64,000 nucleotides of DNA. Source: Glycera tridactyla. Its lineage: Eukaryota. Position numbers and translations under genes: made by a program. Shown one piece after another: positions 1 to 12,869 of the stretch; position 1 is the first letter of the stretch, and each line of letters starts with the position of its first letter. Under the pieces are notes generated by a model, which saw only the letters and a program-made list of their open reading frames with translations, did no database searches and was not told the origin of the DNA. The stretch covers positions 96,286,001-96,350,000 of the forward strand of contig OZ286460.1 in NCBI GenBank assembly GCA_965644265.1. The letters are read 5' to 3'.

Positions 1-162
1 ACATATTTTCCATTCGGCTGATTTTTGAGTCGTTTGAGGACATCCAGAGACACTTTGGCTTTCTTCTTTCCATAGAGATCGACCTCAGCTGGCAGCAGTC
101 CAATCTCCTCGGCAAGTTGTGCGATGTCTTTGGGTGTCTGACTTGTTGCGATTTGAATATCA
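1..162 (-). CDS. MTHFD1: MTHFD1 exon 11 (start of FTHFS domain), truncated by window edge
   Basis: [53 protein letters not shown] after a TAG acceptor. Confidence 0.93.
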
Positions 163-3100
163 CTACAACAATCACACAATCCATGTTGGCGTTGGCTAGC
201 TCATACATGACCAATGTGATTATGATGTACTGACCAGAACTTATGATATGAGAGCTTGTTCATGTCCGATAACTTTTCACATTCTATTAAAGATGGAGAT
301 CAATCTTCAGATCTACAATGTGATCCAACTTATTCAGGACCAAACTTCCTCAAAAAGCATTAATGGGCAAATTCTCGACACACAACTCATCACGGCCAAT
401 ATATCAATTGAGGAATTTTCAAAATTTTACATCTTTGATGAACATAGAATGAAATGTCATAACAGTGCAAATGCTATCCAACTTATGATTTCCAAATGAC
501 CATAGAGGTATCAAGATAGCATCTACCATCAGATTTTGGTGGCAAGGATAGCTCCCTTTCCCTTTCACCGACATGAACAGTCAGACTGTTTCGAGCCTTT
601 TGGTGATATTGGGATGAGTGGAACTCAAAAGATATAGATTAGTGGATGATGATAGTCAGCGATGCATCCATGATTTTCAAAATTGGGGGCATTAGCTCCC
701 TTATATTCAGATAAAGGGGTCATTTTATCAAAGTTCCCCAAATGTATTCACTTTATATAAAATATAGAAGCCTTCTTGTTCATTTAGGGGGCATTGTGGC
801 CCCTGATTGCCGCAAAAAGGGGCCAATAGTTGTTAAACTGGGTGAAATGCCCCCATGCCCCCTTCCCTCCTGGATGCGACTCTGAAGAGTAACGGGCACT
901 CATAAAACAAGCAGGGTGCCTGGGAGGCCAGAAGCACCTGTTGATCATGGTGTGAATGTTGGTTATCTAAATTGTGCCACTGAATAGGCCAAAAAGGGGA
1001 CTGCATTCTGCCCTTTGAAGTGAAGGGATGTTCCTACATAAGGCAATGCAGAAATGCAGAGATTTAGGCATGAGGCAGGCAAGAAGCAACCATCTTTTAG
1101 ACTTGACTCCATGAATGCGACACATGAGCTGGCCTGGCTCTTCGAGAATTCAACAAACATCAAGCCCTGGCACAGAACACCAACCTGGGAACCGGGTCTT
1201 TCAAGTCCAGCTGCAAATAGTCCAACTTCCAGTCCAAACACTGCAACCCAAATGAATGCATACATGTATTCATAAATTCTGTCTGATAGATGAAACACGG
1301 ACGTATATGAAGATCCAGAAATGTAAATACTAGGGAATCTGAGTACACTTGTGGTCCTTTGTCACCATCTGTTTCTTTATACGAGGTTTTATTTACAGAA
1401 TCCATACCTGGAGTCTCAGCTGTGAGCAGATAGAAAAGCAGAAATGTTTAATTTCATACAGAAATGTGATGCCTTGTCCACATTATTACCTGTGAATAGC
1501 TGGCATCAGCTTTGTACCACATATGGCTCATTGTCAGCATCTGTTTCTATAATGAGGTTTTATCCATGCAGAAATGTTTCATCTCATACAGTTCACTTTT
1601 ATCCCGAAAATAAAGAGCAATCAGACATGTAGATCCTGATTATTTAATTGACTGACCAACGGTTACTATCTATAGCTCCTGTCCCGCTGTCTCAGTGGGG
1701 GACAATGAAATGACGGAGAAATGTTTCATCATCTTGTATGTTTTACCTGTTTTGTGAGGGCGCGCTTGGCACAATCCACAGTATTGCTGAGCAGCATAGC
1801 AACAGTCATAGGCCCCACACCACCGGGTACAGGTGTGATCCAAGAGGCATGCTCCTTAGCAGCTTTGTAATCAACATCTCCAACTAGTCGTTTCCCAGAT
1901 TTCTTCGTCTCATCTGGAACAATATTCATCAAATGATCATGTGTGTGTGAGCACATACAAGATGAGACTAAGCGGTGAAATGCTATCTTGATGATAACCA
2001 GTGAAGGACTGCCAATCTGTCTGGGATGCTATCCACCTGCCTGTAAGCTGGGGCAATCAACTTCTTTTATATGGACAGATCTTCAAAAGATAATCAAAAT
2101 ACCACACAAAATTAATAGCCATCACTGATGTTCTCCAATGTTTCTTGCATTATCTCAGTTTGTCGGGTGGAAAATGGAGTTCATGTCCGACAGCTTGCAA
2201 TTTTGGTTGAAAAACACTGAAGACAGACGATAGAGGTGACAGTCCATTGATTACTAAAATGGATTATAGCCAGGACAAGAGTTCATATTGACAAGTCCTC
2301 GGACTCGGTTGCAAAAGTTATGATCGATTAATCAGACTCGCCAGCGATTGATTATCGATTAAATAATTGGAGTTCAGAATCCCCTGGCTGGCCTAAAAAT
2401 ACCCAAAATTTGTAGTGAAATCATAACTTTGTACTGATATTTAGGAGCAATACTCTAATCGATTGTCAACTTGCATGATGGATTAATCGAATCGGACCTC
2501 TCAACGATGCAATAATCGATATACAGTCAAACCTGTTCTAAGCAGCCACCCTTCGGGAAGACAAAAAGTGGCTGCTTAGAACAGGTGGCTGCTTAGGGCA
2601 GGTGAATTATAGTGGAAAAACCTCCGTTGGGAAATTCAAAAGTGGCTGCTTGGGGCAGGTGGCTGCTTAGTACAGTGGCTGCCCAGGACAGGTTAGACTG
2701 TAATTGGGTATCGACTTAACTACAGCAAGATTGAAGGTCAAGGTCGCCTGCATCGGATGGGCTCTTCCTCCACGCCATGAAACATATTTGGTATAAATCA
2801 GATGTCAGTGCATTTCTCTGTGCATATACAGGGTGAGAAGAGATAGCAGCCCACCTGCCTGGGGCAGGTGAATTCTCCTGGTGTACAGGTAAAAAATTCA
2901 TTATAAATGACTTGCATATATAAGCAGGGAAGGTTGATTTCTTAAGTGGGCATGTCAATTTTCCTGATGTCTTCTCGCCCTAACATATTTGGTACAAATC
3001 AAATGACTGTGCATTGCGCTGTTCATATACTTGGCACAAATTAGATGACAGTCCAATGCTATTCGCATATTTGGTACAAATCAGATTAGAGTGCAGTTAA

Positions 3101-6100
3101 CACATTGGGCACAAATCTGATGACAGACGGTGCTCACTTCACAAATTTGGTCCGAATCAGATGTAAGTGCAAATCAAATGACAGTGCGGTTAATATATTT
3201 GGTACAAACCTGATGACGGCCCATGCTCTGCCCACATATTTGGTATAAATCAAATGAGTGTGCAATGCTCCATTTACATTTTTGGTAAAAATTAGATGAC
3301 AGTGGAGTTTACATATTTGGTACAAATCTGAGGACAGGACATGGGACTGTTCACAGGTCGATATGTGAACAAGGCATCGCAATGACTTTTTACCTGAGCA
3401 TCCATAAAGGCAGATCTAAAGGTCATCATTGCTGTGTTTTGGCTGAGATTAAACGGCAGTTTTCAACCAAGAGGATTATGTATGCCATGTGTACCTGATC
3501 AATGAAAGCTAGATGTCGTCTACCCTGCAGACATCACTCTCACAAACCCTCTACAATATACCACGGGAACCTGACAGATTGTCAGGCGGAAGAAACAGAC
3601 AATTCAGACAATTAATGAATGTAAAGATGGCATATCTAACTATGTAACTCGCTGGCAGCTTACCCTCAAGCCTGATAGCAATGCTTTTATTCTAAGCAAA
3701 GCGCAGTGCTTGAAACAAGGAAAAGCATTGGGTTCGGAGAATGGTGACAATATCTGCTACAAGCAATATCTGCTCACAGGAGAAATGAGGAACAGTTTAG
3801 AGGAATAGAACAGATATGAAGAAAGATGCATGGTGATAGTGTAATTCTGGTAGAAAATGGCTATTGAAAGAAAGATGATAAAGAATTGTGAAGGTATGTT
3901 ATCAGGGCTTTTCTGTGTTATTTTTGTTGGCACATTCCATGTTATTTTCTGTTCTTTCCTTCTAAATGCAGAAAGTTTGCATTGTTTTGTCGAAAGGCAC
4001 AAAAATCTGGTCCAATTCTGTGAAATCCATGACATTTTTATGAACAAGATTGAAAAATCTCCAAATTTTGCGCACCACGATGAATGTTGACATCTGATTC
4101 TGTGTTATTCTTAAGGAGGGAAATGAATAATTCTGCAAATTTCTGCACTTGGGTGATGAATTCTTACAAAATCTGCATTCTCTGTGGGTGAAAATTCAAG
4201 GAAATTCTGTATCCCCTACACAGAATGCTAAATTTGAGAAAAAGATAAGGGATGATACTACAGTCACCCCTGCCCTAACGGCCACCTCTACTAAGCGGCC
4301 ACCTGTCCTAAGCGGCCACTGTCAACTCCCCCGAACGTATTTTCACTATATTTCACCTGCTCTAAGCGTGAACCTGGCCTAGGCGGACAGCGGACAACAA
4401 ATAGTCATCCCGTGAGAGCAATTCACCTGTACTAGATGGGCACGAGGCGGCTACAAGCGGTCACGGTAGCCTGCACTCAAACAATAGAGAGTTGTTATCA
4501 GTGGCCAGTGAGCAGATGAGCGCTGTCAAAGCCAACTCACGCCTAACCCCGGCTATTGTTAGGTCTTTCACGCCTGCATACTTCAATGATTCACGGGTAC
4601 AATCCATGCTGAGGCGATCTCCACCACGAAAAACCCATGTCAAAGCCAAATAAGCACGTAATTCGCGATAAAAATGAAAGGCTGGCATCTTTAATAGTGA
4701 ATCTGGCGCCATTGCAGGGCTCTACGCTAACATTTGTCTTCAGCTGTCCTTCAGGCAGGTGAAATAGGATTTTTGCCTGCCCTCCCTGTCATTTTCACCT
4801 GCCCTTCTGCATATAATCATAGCCCAAATAATGATTGGGCACCTGCCCATAGGGCAGGCAGATTAATAAAATCACCTGCCCTAACATCAAATCTGCCTGC
4901 CTGCGCCAGTAGGGCAACCATTAGCGTAGAGCCCTGCATTGTTGTGTCAACTGTCACGAGGTGCTGATATTACCGGAAGTACCTACTGGCATCTTTAATA
5001 GTGAATCTGGCGCCATTGCAGGGCTCTACGCTAACATTTGTCTTCAGCTGTCCTTCAGGCAGGTGAAATAGGATTTTTGCCTGCCCTCCCTGTCATTTTC
5101 ACCTGCCCTTCTGCATATAATCATAGCCCAAATAATGATTGGGCACCTGCCCATAGGGCAGGCAGATTAATAAAATCACCTGCCCTAACATCAAATCTGC
5201 CTGCCTGCGCCAGTAGGGCAACCATTAGCGTAGAGCCCTGCATTGTTGTGTCAACTGTCACGAGGTGCTGATATTACCGGAAGTACCTACTTAACATAAT
5301 TTATGCGAATTGGCAAATTTATTTTCCTCATTGTCGCTCTCCTCAAAGTCTGACGGGGCCCAAGATGGCGGAACACTCTCGAATGATCATACTTGTCCAA
5401 TGTTTTCATCACGTTTATGGTGGAATCGTCATACTTTTATCAGAAACGATCATCAATAACGCAAGTGGAGATACTTTTCTCGCGACTGGTAACTATTTAT
5501 TGACACCTGGTTGTATTTTGGGCACATTGAGAGCGATCGGGGGTTGCCAGCATCATTCTTCACCTACTAGAACTAGAAGTTGGTATCGCGTATGTCGGGA
5601 TGTACTCGAAAACTGTCATCAAACACGCAAGCAAAATCATTATTCGGTCACCTCCACTAGGCGGCCACCTGTCCTAAGCGGCCACTTTTCGAAGTTCCCT
5701 TGGGTGGCCGCTTAGGGCAGGTTCGACTGTATACATAGGAAGCATCATCCCAGATGGTAACACTCATTTGTCCTGAGCCAATCGTGGCTTCCATTGATTC
5801 ACAAGTCAGCACAATGAAGTTCACAAGAGATGTGCTCATGCATTTTATATCAAACATGCACATGAACAGGCTTATAGAGTACACAGAGCTAAATGTTTGA
5901 TCAAGCACCTATTTATTGTGCAATATCACAGTACAGTACTTGACTATCATACATGCTTTGAACACCATCTGATGAATAATGCATGAAGACATGGGCGAGT
6001 GGACATCTTATTAAATACATGAAGACTAGTTGCAAAGTGAAAGTTTGGCATTGAACATTTGGGTACGACAGCTATGAGAGTTTATAGGAGAGAGGGCGCT

Positions 6101-9100
6101 GCAGTCAACTGGTTAAATCTTCACATTCTAAAGCATGAATTCTATTTATAAAAGATGAGTTTCATGATTGAGTGGGTCGAGCGGTGGGCCCATAAACTCT
6201 GGTAGCTGTCTTCTCAAATGCTGTACGTCAAACTTACACCTACAAGGTAAGCATCGTTCGACAAACCGACATTTGTGGAGACGCTACTCGGTTTCTAGGA
6301 GATTTCTAAGCTATAAAATATAAATAGAATGAGATTATTCATATTGATATCCATACTCTCCATTCTAGACATCACACTATAACTAGAACCATGAGGGGAA
6401 ATTTCCCCAAAACTTAATTTGGGGAAGAAAATATTCTACTGACATAGAAAAAGTCTGCATACCCACCATCGGATGTGCTTCTGCATAACGTATACACATT
6501 TATTCCACTAAATCTAGGAATGTGATACTGGAGGGGGAGTCAGTCCTGCAGTAGGAAAGTCATCATGCGAAAGTATGGGTCTGTGGTAATGTCTAGCAAA
6601 AGTAAATTCTCCAGACCAACCTGCAGCTTTCATTATGGAAGTAATCCATAGAGGACAGCTTTAATTGTGGAGGCTGATCTCGTGCCACGGGCTAGTGGTA
6701 GAAATCCGTTGCAAGTTTGCAATCGATCATCAGTTGGGCCTCTCCAACTGATCATCAGTTGAAATTGGTTATTGAACATAGCTTGGAATACTTCATCAAG
6801 CCCCAACCAAGCTTGAAGTAAAATGCAACAAAACACCACTCAATTTCATCCCTTTATCATAGAACCTGAGTTTCCACCTTAACACAGTGATCACGAATTA
6901 GTCGCTGTCTTTATGCATGTGCTTGGTCACCATCAAATACATCGATTCCCAGCATAACGAGAGCGCTATCTCATTTCATCTGACATCCACGCAATGACAA
7001 ACGTGTGATTTGTGATGGAATAAACCAACTCCCGCTTATCCTCATATCAAATGATTATGGATCCTCGTCGCATTCTTACCCTCAATGAAAGTTTATTTGT
7101 AATCTATCTTGTGTGTCTATGTTGACAACTTGGCTTTCTCCGTGAAACTGTTCCTGCGCAGCCATATACCCTGAAATCATCTTCAGCGCATCTAGTTCCC
7201 CGGTGGATAAAAGACTTATGGAAAGAGGCAAGAGAAGGAACACGACATAGCAACTGGTGGGAGGAAATCAAAGAAGCAGCAGAGATACTACAGATTAACC
7301 TGGAAGAATGGCTAGAAAAGAAATCCATAAATGATGGAAAATATCTGCGTATAAAAAAGCCAATACATGGGAACAAAACACATCGATAAAAGAAATAGAT
7401 GGACTGAAACCATACAACTCTACATACAACAGACGCAAACGAGAGCAGAAACTTCACAAAATGGAGACTAAACAGCATAAGATGGAACACAGATACAACA
7501 AAAGGTAAATTGTGCAAGGGATGCAGAAAAACAGAAGGTGGAATTATACACACCTTGATGCAATGCGAAAAAATTAGAAGTAAACATATCATAAAACTGA
7601 AACTAGCGAGTGAAGAAAAAGAGCAGGATATAATAAAACAAATGCTGACTGATGAGACATCGAAGAACATGATGTACTTAGAAGAAGTGATGAAAATATG
7701 GAGAGAAAACAAATGCCAAGCCACCTCTGTAGGAGAGGGTGACGCGTGAACATACCAGGANNNNNNNNNNNNNNNNNNNNNNNNNNNNNNNNNNNNNNNN
7801 NNNNNNNNNNNNNNNNNNNNNNNNNNNNNNNNNNNNNNNNNNNNNNNNNNNNNNNNNNNNNNNNNNNNNNNNNNNNNNNNNNNNNNNNNNNNNNACGCTG
7901 AAACTCCACCATCTCACGGATTTTCTCTGAACGGCACATCTCGTTTTCGTTTGCAAACATGCAAGTTTCACCCGTCAAGATGGCGCGATGAGTAAATAAA
8001 CAAATGCCGTTCTTGTCGATCACCTTTTTTGGCTTCAATCAGCTCGCCAACCAACCGATTTTCTACTACATTCGATCAGCGTTCCACCACTAGGGTGTAT
8101 GGCTATGTGACAGCCTTCTTCAAGAACATATGGTCAGGGTTGGATCACTCACCAGTCATACTTGCCAAGGCGAGGGTTAGGCAATCTTCAGAGTCTATGC
8201 CACCCGAGCAGTCAGTCCCAGCAACGATCCACGATTTCTTGGGGGTGGAGCTATTGGCGAGGCCCGTTTCCTCCATTTTACACACATCTTTGGGTTTGCA
8301 TCCCTCAAGAAGAGTGGGGAGCTCCTCCGAATCCCCGACCACCTGGCTACTGACATCTCCCTTCTCTCCGCGCATGGTCTTGTAGATGAGCTTGTGTCGC
8401 CTCTGAAATGATTCGAGCCAGCCAGTTGATGCCTTGAATTCTTCATTTCCAAGATCCCGGGCGATCTGCAGGGCTCGCTGTTTGATGAGAGGGCCACTGA
8501 TGGGGATATGTCTGATGTTGCAATCTTGCACCCAGATCCAAACCAACTTGTTAACCTCTTCATTGCCAGTTCTTCTACACGCTCGCTTCATTTCTGTATT
8601 TGTGGACTTCTCATATTCTTCGAAGATTTCACGACTTCTCTTCTTCAGGGTGTATATCTGAGTGAGGCCCACTGCCCACTTCTTTGCCACCAGCTTGGGC
8701 GATGTACCGCAGTCCATTTCCTTCAGAACGGCCACTCTATCCTCCAGCGTTAAGCATTTTCGAATAGGCTGAGACGTTTTGTTGGCATGCCCTGAAACTA
8801 AAAATGAGCAACTGAAAATGTAACACAATTGTTTGCTTCCCTCATCTGCCACCAACCAGAGGAAGGCTGGCGAACTGCCATCCTTAAAAAGATCTTCTTG
8901 GTGGGTAGCTACGAGGCTAGCACTGAAAATGCATCCCAACCCAGCTATAAAAGTATTGCACATATGCATGTGTGCACAGGCATGTCGAGGATCGAATAGT
9001 GGACAATGAGGTGCAATATGCGAAGGTAGATTTGCTCACGATGTGAATTGAGTCACTGCACCTCGGGATTCCTTGCGGAACGTGTAGAACTGCTCACAAA

Positions 9101-12100
9101 TGCTGGTTGTCAACCTGTTGTAGGCAAAAGGCACGAATTTAGACTTGCTCACATTATCGGAGACGGTGGATGGTGGAAAAACCGTGAGCAGGGTCATCCC
9201 ACCTCGGAACTAGCGGGCGGATTGCTCCTTGCTCTGGATTTGCGAGCGGAGCACTGCTCATGTAGAAAGTCATGAGTGGGGTCAGTGCTCAACCTTGCTT
9301 TTCGCTTACGACAGGTTGGTGGACTCCGCAGGATATTTTGACGAATAAAAATTCACATAGTGCAAGTATATAAAACTATCCCAATACTTAAGTACAGTTC
9401 CCCTGCCAAGCTTGACTGGCGAAACGATTACTCACCTGACTTTGAATCATCTAGACAAAATAGAAAGTAAGCCTATCACAACATTTGCTTCAAGGGACAG
9501 CAATGGATTGGGTAAGATGATTTGCAGTTGGGACACTGAGTATGAAAGGTTGCAATCTGACATTTCTTCACACATCAAACGGTCATATTCAGTGCATTGA
9601 ACTGAAAGGAATCGAAGAACTTTATTTTACCTCGTCTAAACAAACCATGTATGAGCGATAGAGTGATCAAACATGTGAGAGTTACAGAGATGAGCCAAAT
9701 CACACATCATCCAGGCTACTGATCTGATGTTCGCACCTTCATACTTGAATGATCTATGGCGTTGAATCCATGATGTGGTGATCTGCATACTAAAAACATG
9801 TGTCAATGCTGTATAAACAGAAGACCAGCATCTTGATCTGTGATTTGAGTGCCATTGTTGTCTCAATCAAGAGTTGTTCAACCTCGCTCGCGCATGTTTG
9901 AGATCATCACGCATGTTTAAGATCATCAGAAATGACCCGATAACTTTTGTGATGATGACATGAAACTTCCGGGCTCCCGCCCAAGATCCAGAGCCTGCCA
10001 TTCTGAAAAGCTTTTTAGGAGGTAGGGAAAGATCTCTCAGTCTGACAAGCATTGCTGAAGCTGAGGTTAACATTGTTATCAAGATTATTATTGGAATGAT
10101 GATGATCGATATGTAAAATAGGAATATAGGGTCAATAAGCTTGTGAGTAAGATGATCAAAAAGAAATCATTTGCCTATTCCAAATATTTGATTGTCACTG
10201 CTTATATACTGGCGTATCGCGGTTGTACGCGCAGTAAGCAAAATCGTGAGCGAAATGGGAAAACTGGGGTGCGCGCACCTTGTGAAAACAAGCATATACA
10301 TTAATATTGAATATTAATTTTATTTCTCCCATGATGCTTGCGACCGCGAACCCTAGTCCCGACAGAACGGTCTGCGATCGTATATTTGTATGACGCAAAT
10401 AGAGAACGAGGCTGGGGTTGGAGGGAACAGGGTACGCACCATCAACATTTTTCCACATCTCCCATCATGCAATGCGCGTTTTTCGTGGCTATTTTGCACA
10501 TTTCAACCACGATTTTTCACGGGTGCACGTATGCCCACGAAGGGTGCGCGTATTGCGTAGTTCGAGCAAAACATGGGGGTGCGCGTTTGCTTGAACGTGC
10601 ACGTACACCCGCGATACTACAGTATATAACAGCTGCAATTTTGATAATCTCTGGTTCTTCTCATGGTCTGCAGGGTTCAAGATGGCTGAACATGATCCAG
10701 TGTTTGTCTCCGCATTCATCACATTCTCGGTGAAGAGCTCAGCAATATTTACCAACACTGGATGTTGGGTTTTTTCTTTGCAGTTTGAGGATGACTTAGA
10801 ACATAGTAATTTGTCAATATCCCTGTCTTCCAGAAAGGTCTATCTCACTTTTACATCTTGCATATTGATGAGTAAATGTGTGGGCATGTCTAATTGGATA
10901 CGGGCGTATCTACGGCAATATCCAGCGATGGCACCAGCATAGTTGCAGAGATGCCATTGGCTGACAACCAAAAACCCTGAACACCTGACAGGAGGCCATT
11001 TTCAGCAAGATTTTGTGGAACAGCAAACCCATCAACCTCTAACTGATGACTCTAAAAGCCAAAATGATCAGCATAAAATGGGTATTTCTGTTGTATGCAT
11101 GATTGCTGCAATGCTTATGAATATCACGGAAATCTCCATATCTGCGGAACAATCACATCTCTGATAGTTACCACTGAACAGGTGAAGGAATCCAAATGGC
11201 ATTGTAGATGAGAGTTACCCAAAGCCTTTCAGTTAGTAATACTTCACAAACCTTCAAGAAAGCATATAGTTTCCGGAGGAAATCTGGTCAATTGATTGAG
11301 TTGAAGGTAAGTATACTTCCCAAGAGAATGAAAATAATCATTTGACCTACCAGGAATGGAGTTGATTCCACAGTCTATGACAACCGCGCCTGGTTTAATC
11401 CAGTCTCCTTTCACAAATTCTGGCTGGCCTATCGCCACCACCAGGATATCTGCCTCACGAACCTACAACAGGCATGAACAGTGATGAAATTGGCCCATAA
11501 CCAAATTTCCTGAAAAGCGCGTAAACCCCTATTGTAGGATTCAAACTTTTGCAGGGCGCATTTGTGACATTTGATCCCTCTCCTGCAGTAATGCACTTTA
11601 AACATTAACAGAAATTAAGGAAACCTGACAAAGGAGAAAACAGAGTCTGCATCATCTTTCCATGATCTACCCTGCACTACATTTTCACCTGCACTGTTTC
11701 ATATGATTATATGGACTGAATGGAAACTGTCCAGCAATGGTTAGTTGCGGGATTCAAATACCATCTACCATCAGATCTAACTCCCCTTGCCCCCCACCAA
11801 CATACATGTAAATAGACTGGCTCTTATGATAGTAGTTTGGATGAACTACCAACCATGGTCCTCAAAGAGTTAGGGGTGGAACGATTCACCGAAATTTCGA
11901 CAATATCAATTGTTTGCAAAAGAAACAATCGTCTCGAAACTAGGAGGAGTGTTTCGAAGTGTTTCGAAATACAAAGAAACATGGCTGATGAGTACTTACA
12001 AATGCCAATGAATACAGTAAATGCACCTTGTTTGAAAAAAAAACCATTGCGTAGAGCCCGAATGATGGAGATTTGATGAACTTTTCACTGGAAATGTCTT

Positions 12101-12828
12101 TATATTTGATAGTAATTGGCAATATTTCAAGGCCACCAAAATATGGGTGGCTTGCTCATGTCACTCGCAACCAGGAGGACCACACCAGACTCCTGAAAGA
12201 GGGATGCATGGCATTTCGTTTCGTCATTCATCTCGCGAAGTGTGTTTCTAGAAATGTTTCGTATCGTGACCAAAGTGTTTCGTCCCAGCCCTACGAAGAG
12301 TTGCCTCCAGGATTTTTGAAAATGGGCACATTTGACCTCCTTGAATTTAAGAAAAGAGGGTATATCATAAAAAAAAAACAATCCCAAAATGTGTTCAATC
12401 AATGAGTGAAAGTACAGCCTTCTTGAAGATTTAGGGGGCATAGTGGCTCCTGGTTATCCGTGAAAAGGGGCCATCATTCTATAAAATGTGTGAAATGCCC
12501 TCTCTGAATGCAACCGTGTTAACCCATGCACCTCTACTTGATAACTGCTCACACGGTGGGCATATTTATTTGGAAGAATACATTTAGTCCATAGGTCACA
12601 AAGTCGAATCGATCGTAGGGTCTGTTACCCACCACATCAGCGATGTTTTCAGTTCTTGAATGGCAGATGGTTGTAGTGGCATGATTCCATGTCAGGAGGT
12701 TGGCCATTGGTGAGCCCACGATCTTACTTCGACCAATCACCACTGCTCGCTTGCCCTTCACCTCCACACCTGCGATTAAGACAATTTGAATTGACGCTTC
12801 ACACAAATGAAGAACAAAACATAAATAC

Positions 12829-12869
<41 letters not shown>

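Larger units (their letters stand above)
4261..5729. mobile_element. pogo/Tc1-type non-autonomous element carrying nested insertions
   Basis: TA-CAGTCACCCCTGCCCTAA...TTAGGGCAGGTTCGACTG-TA, repeated TAAGCGGCCAC motifs at both ends. Confidence 0.6.

Noticed and set aside
2782-3340. CRISPR-like array of short repeats with variable spacing
   Set aside because: Eukaryotic context, degenerate repeats, spacers related to each other, no cas genes; it is a minisatellite
8145-8969. 274-aa ORF as an intact active transposase
   Set aside because: It ends at the start of the DDE domain, the first catalytic Asp is Glu, and no TIRs are evident. The N-terminal about 60 aa come from a dispersed repeat (inverted copy at about 12940-13020) and a pyrimidine tract. 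A stand-alone intronless gene cannot be fully excluded.
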